Shown here: positions 62,049 through 64,000 of the stretch, in pieces
Position numbering within the stretch: position 1 is the first letter of the stretch
How the letters are laid out: every line of letters begins with the position of its first letter
Source: a virus
Lineage: Duplodnaviria; Caudoviricetes
IMG/VR virus record: IMGVR_UViG_3300038443_001477
Coordinates: 1-64,000 of that record
Reading direction: 5' to 3' (one strand)
DNA: 64,000 nt
Position numbers and translations under genes: made by a program
The notes under the pieces: model-generated
The model's database searches: none
What the model was told of the DNA's origin: nothing
Seen by the model: the letters and a program-made list of their open reading frames with translations, nothing else

Positions 62049-63141
62049 CAGCAGCATCAACCGCGCCGAATTCCTCCGCGTCGCTGGCCTTGTGCGGCCC
62101 GCCCTGGCTCGCGACAACTACATCCCCTTCCTGACGCACATCGCCTTCGATGGCAAATACGCCACCGCCTTCAATGACATCAGCGCCATCGCTGTCCGCG
62201 CCAAGACGCACATCGAGCGCTGCCTCCCGGGGGAGTGGCTTATCAAGGCACTCCAGAGCTTCAACGGCTCCGAGGTGCTCCTCCAGCAAAAGGACGGCGA
62301 GGTCCTCCTCTCCAGCGGCCGCTCCAAGCTGAAGGCCCCCACGCTCGCCCTCAAGGACTTCCCGCTGGAGTGGCCCGAGGATGGCGACGTCACCGAGATC
62401 ATGCTGAAGCCCGTGGTGCTGAAGGGAATCGAGCGCTGTCTCCTCAGCGTCGGCAACGACCCCACGCACCCCGAGCAAATGGGCGTGACGCTGGAATCTG
62501 TCGACGGCATGGCGGTGCTCTACTCCAGCGACAACTGGACCATCAGCCGCTACGAGACCGACTCCAAGCTGAAGCTCCCTGGAGGCTCGCCGGTCATCCT
62601 GCCCACCTTCTTCTGCGAACAGATCGTGAGTCTGGGCAAGGCCTTCCCCGAGGAGGAGGTCGTCCTCTACGTGCACCCCGGCGCGATCATCGCGGAATTC
62701 GGCATCCAGGCCCGGCTCCTCTCCAAGACGCTGGTCGACCAGGAGCCCGCCGACTTCCCGGCGATGTTCAAGAAGCACCTCAAGGTGAAGGGCAACCTCA
62801 CCGAGGAGCTCGTCAAGATCCCTGACGCCTTCGATGCGGCCCTCCAGCGTTCTCTCCTGGTACTGGGCGCTGAGGAGGATAAGGCGGTGAAGATCGAGAT
62901 CACCGACAAGGGCTTCGACATGTTGAGCGAGGGCATGGGCGAGGCCGACGACCACCTGGAGGCGAAGGATGTCAGCTTCAACAGCCCGGACGAATTCCAC
63001 CTCGACCCGCAGCTTGTGGCCCGCGCGATGAAGACCGCGACGCACATGGGCTTCGGCGCGACCGTGCTCATTCTCAGCGATGCCGCTGCCAACTTTGTGC
63101 ACCTGATCGCCTACTGCACCGGCCCCAAGGCCAAGAAGTAA
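62041..63141 (+). CDS. dnaN: DNA polymerase sliding clamp (beta-clamp-like)
   Basis: 366 aa, three-domain pattern, ATAFN...I, L.L.DFP, L..SD.W.ISR, I.P..F, F.L.PQL. Confidence 0.75.
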   Translation: MSDSSINRAEFLRVAGLVRPALARDNYIPFLTHIAFDGKYATAFNDISAIAVRAKTHIERCLPGEWLIKALQSFNGSEVLLQQKDGEVLLSSGRSKLKAPTLALKDFPLEWPEDGDVTEIMLKPVVLKGIERCLLSVGNDPTHPEQMGVTLESVDGMAVLYSSDNWTISRYETDSKLKLPGGSPVILPTFFCEQIVSLGKAFPEEEVVLYVHPGAIIAEFGIQARLLSKTLVDQEPADFPAMFKKHLKVKGNLTEELVKIPDAFDAALQRSLLVLGAEEDKAVKIEITDKGFDMLSEGMGEADDHLEAKDVSFNSPDEFHLDPQLVARAMKTATHMGFGATVLILSDAAANFVHLIAYCTGPKAKK

Positions 63142-63164
63142 GCCCCGGAGGGAAGAGGGGCCAC

Positions 63165-64000
63165 ATGTCGTTCTTTTATAACGAGACAAAGGCAGACAAG
63201 CCCAAGGCGAAGAAGGCGGTCAACCGGAAGACAATTCCGATTGCCAGCCTTCAGCGCATGGGGTGCTCAGTCTGCCCGCGAGACAAGGATGACTCCTTGC
63301 GCTCGCCAAAGATGGCGCCGAGCGGGTCGAAGGCGCCATACATTTACCTCCTGGGCCTCTCGCCAAGCCGCGAGGATGACGACGAGGACATCCAGTGGTG
63401 CGATGCGGCGGGCGCCGCCATCTACAAGAAGTTCGGCCGCGACTGGATGGAGAAGGACGTCCGCTCCAACTACATCACGCAGTGCCGGGGCGAGGAGAGT
63501 GTGGCCGCGGTCGAGTGCTGCCGGCCCCGCATCGTCGCCGACATCGAGGAGACACGGCCCCTGGTGATTGTGGGTATCGGGGACGAGGTGCTGCGCTGGG
63601 CGACAGGCATCAGCCCGGCCTCCGCGCTCACGCACCGGGGCGCGCTGTTCGCTGTGAAGATAGGGAACCACACCTGCTGGTACTACCCCATCCTCTACCC
63701 CAACTTCGTGCACAAGAAGGGCGGGCGAAAGAGCGAGTACGAGACGGTGCTGGAGCACGACATCCGCTGGATCAAGCACTATGTCAGTGGCCTCAACTTC
63801 CGCCCCGCGAAGGTGGCAACCAAGCCCTACGACGCGGGGATCGAGATCATCACGGGCACCGAGCCCGGGGACATGCAGCGCCTGGAGGCGGCGCTGGGGC
63901 GCCTTGCCAAGAAGCCCAAGAGCGGCATCGACGTGGAGACGCCCGGGCTCCGCGTGCACATGCAGGCCAACCCAATGTTGCTGTGCGCGGCTGTCGGCAC
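63165..64000 (+). CDS. DNA polymerase, N-terminal UDG-like domain then 3'-5' exonuclease (3' partial)
   Basis: CxxC, YLLG..P...D, CCRPRI..DIE...P.VIV..G; exo I motif GIDVET; runs off window. Confidence 0.8.
   Translation, partial: MSFFYNETKADKPKAKKAVNRKTIPIASLQRMGCSVCPRDKDDSLRSPKMAPSGSKAPYIYLLGLSPSREDDDEDIQWCDAAGAAIYKKFGRDWMEKDVRSNYITQCRGEESVAAVECCRPRIVADIEETRPLVIVGIGDEVLRWATGISPASALTHRGALFAVKIGNHTCWYYPILYPNFVHKKGGRKSEYETVLEHDIRWIKHYVSGLNFRPAKVATKPYDAGIEIITGTEPGDMQRLEAALGRLAKKPKSGIDVETPGLRVHMQANPMLLCAAVG

Noticed and set aside
1-64000. CRISPR array, diversity-generating retroelement, retron, IS or integrase
   Set aside because: No regularly spaced repeats, reverse transcriptase, transposase or tyrosine/serine recombinase motifs seen
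1-64000. Stop-codon reassignment
   Set aside because: TAA, TAG and TGA all terminate well-supported genes at expected lengths; coding density is high under the standard code

Overview
Essentially one near-complete genome of a GC-rich (roughly two-thirds GC by eye) tailed dsDNA phage with a contractile tail, probably infecting a proteobacterium (spanins indicate a Gram-negative host). No host housekeeping genes, integrase, canonical tRNA or CRISPR array were seen. Layout: + strand DNA-metabolism block 1-5657 (PAPS-reductase-like, SbcC/Rad50-like); - strand late operon of about 33 kb from ~38560 to 5647 (terminase, portal, DUF2213/DUF2184-type head, accessory virion carbohydrate-binding/esterase proteins, sheath/tube tail, baseplate, fibre, lysis); - strand early/accessory block 39.4-48.9 kb; + strand replication/modification block 49069-64000 (5'-3' exonuclease, DnaB-like and SNF2 helicases, primase, sigma-like factor, beta-clamp, UDG-domain DNA polymerase). 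A full 7-deazaguanine DNA-modification pathway (folE, queD, queE, queC, dpdA) is split over three loci. Most notable: (i) an 8-bp motif GTATAGCT found 8 times, always co-oriented at gene boundaries, heading all three deazaguanine loci and a Q-like late regulator, plus a region-2 sigma-like protein that could read it; (ii) extra modification-linked genes: two mini-ORFs resembling the DpdA N-terminus, a Mom-like GNAT, a membrane-anchored MazG-like enzyme, a PAPS-reductase-like enzyme; (iii) clamp-binding-like peptides on the sigma-like protein and DpdA; (iv) an isolated 87-aa PolA palm fragment; (v) hairpin-dense non-coding regions, one with T-loop motifs. All family calls come from motif recognition by eye, not database searches; many start codons were re-chosen from RBS/overlap evidence.
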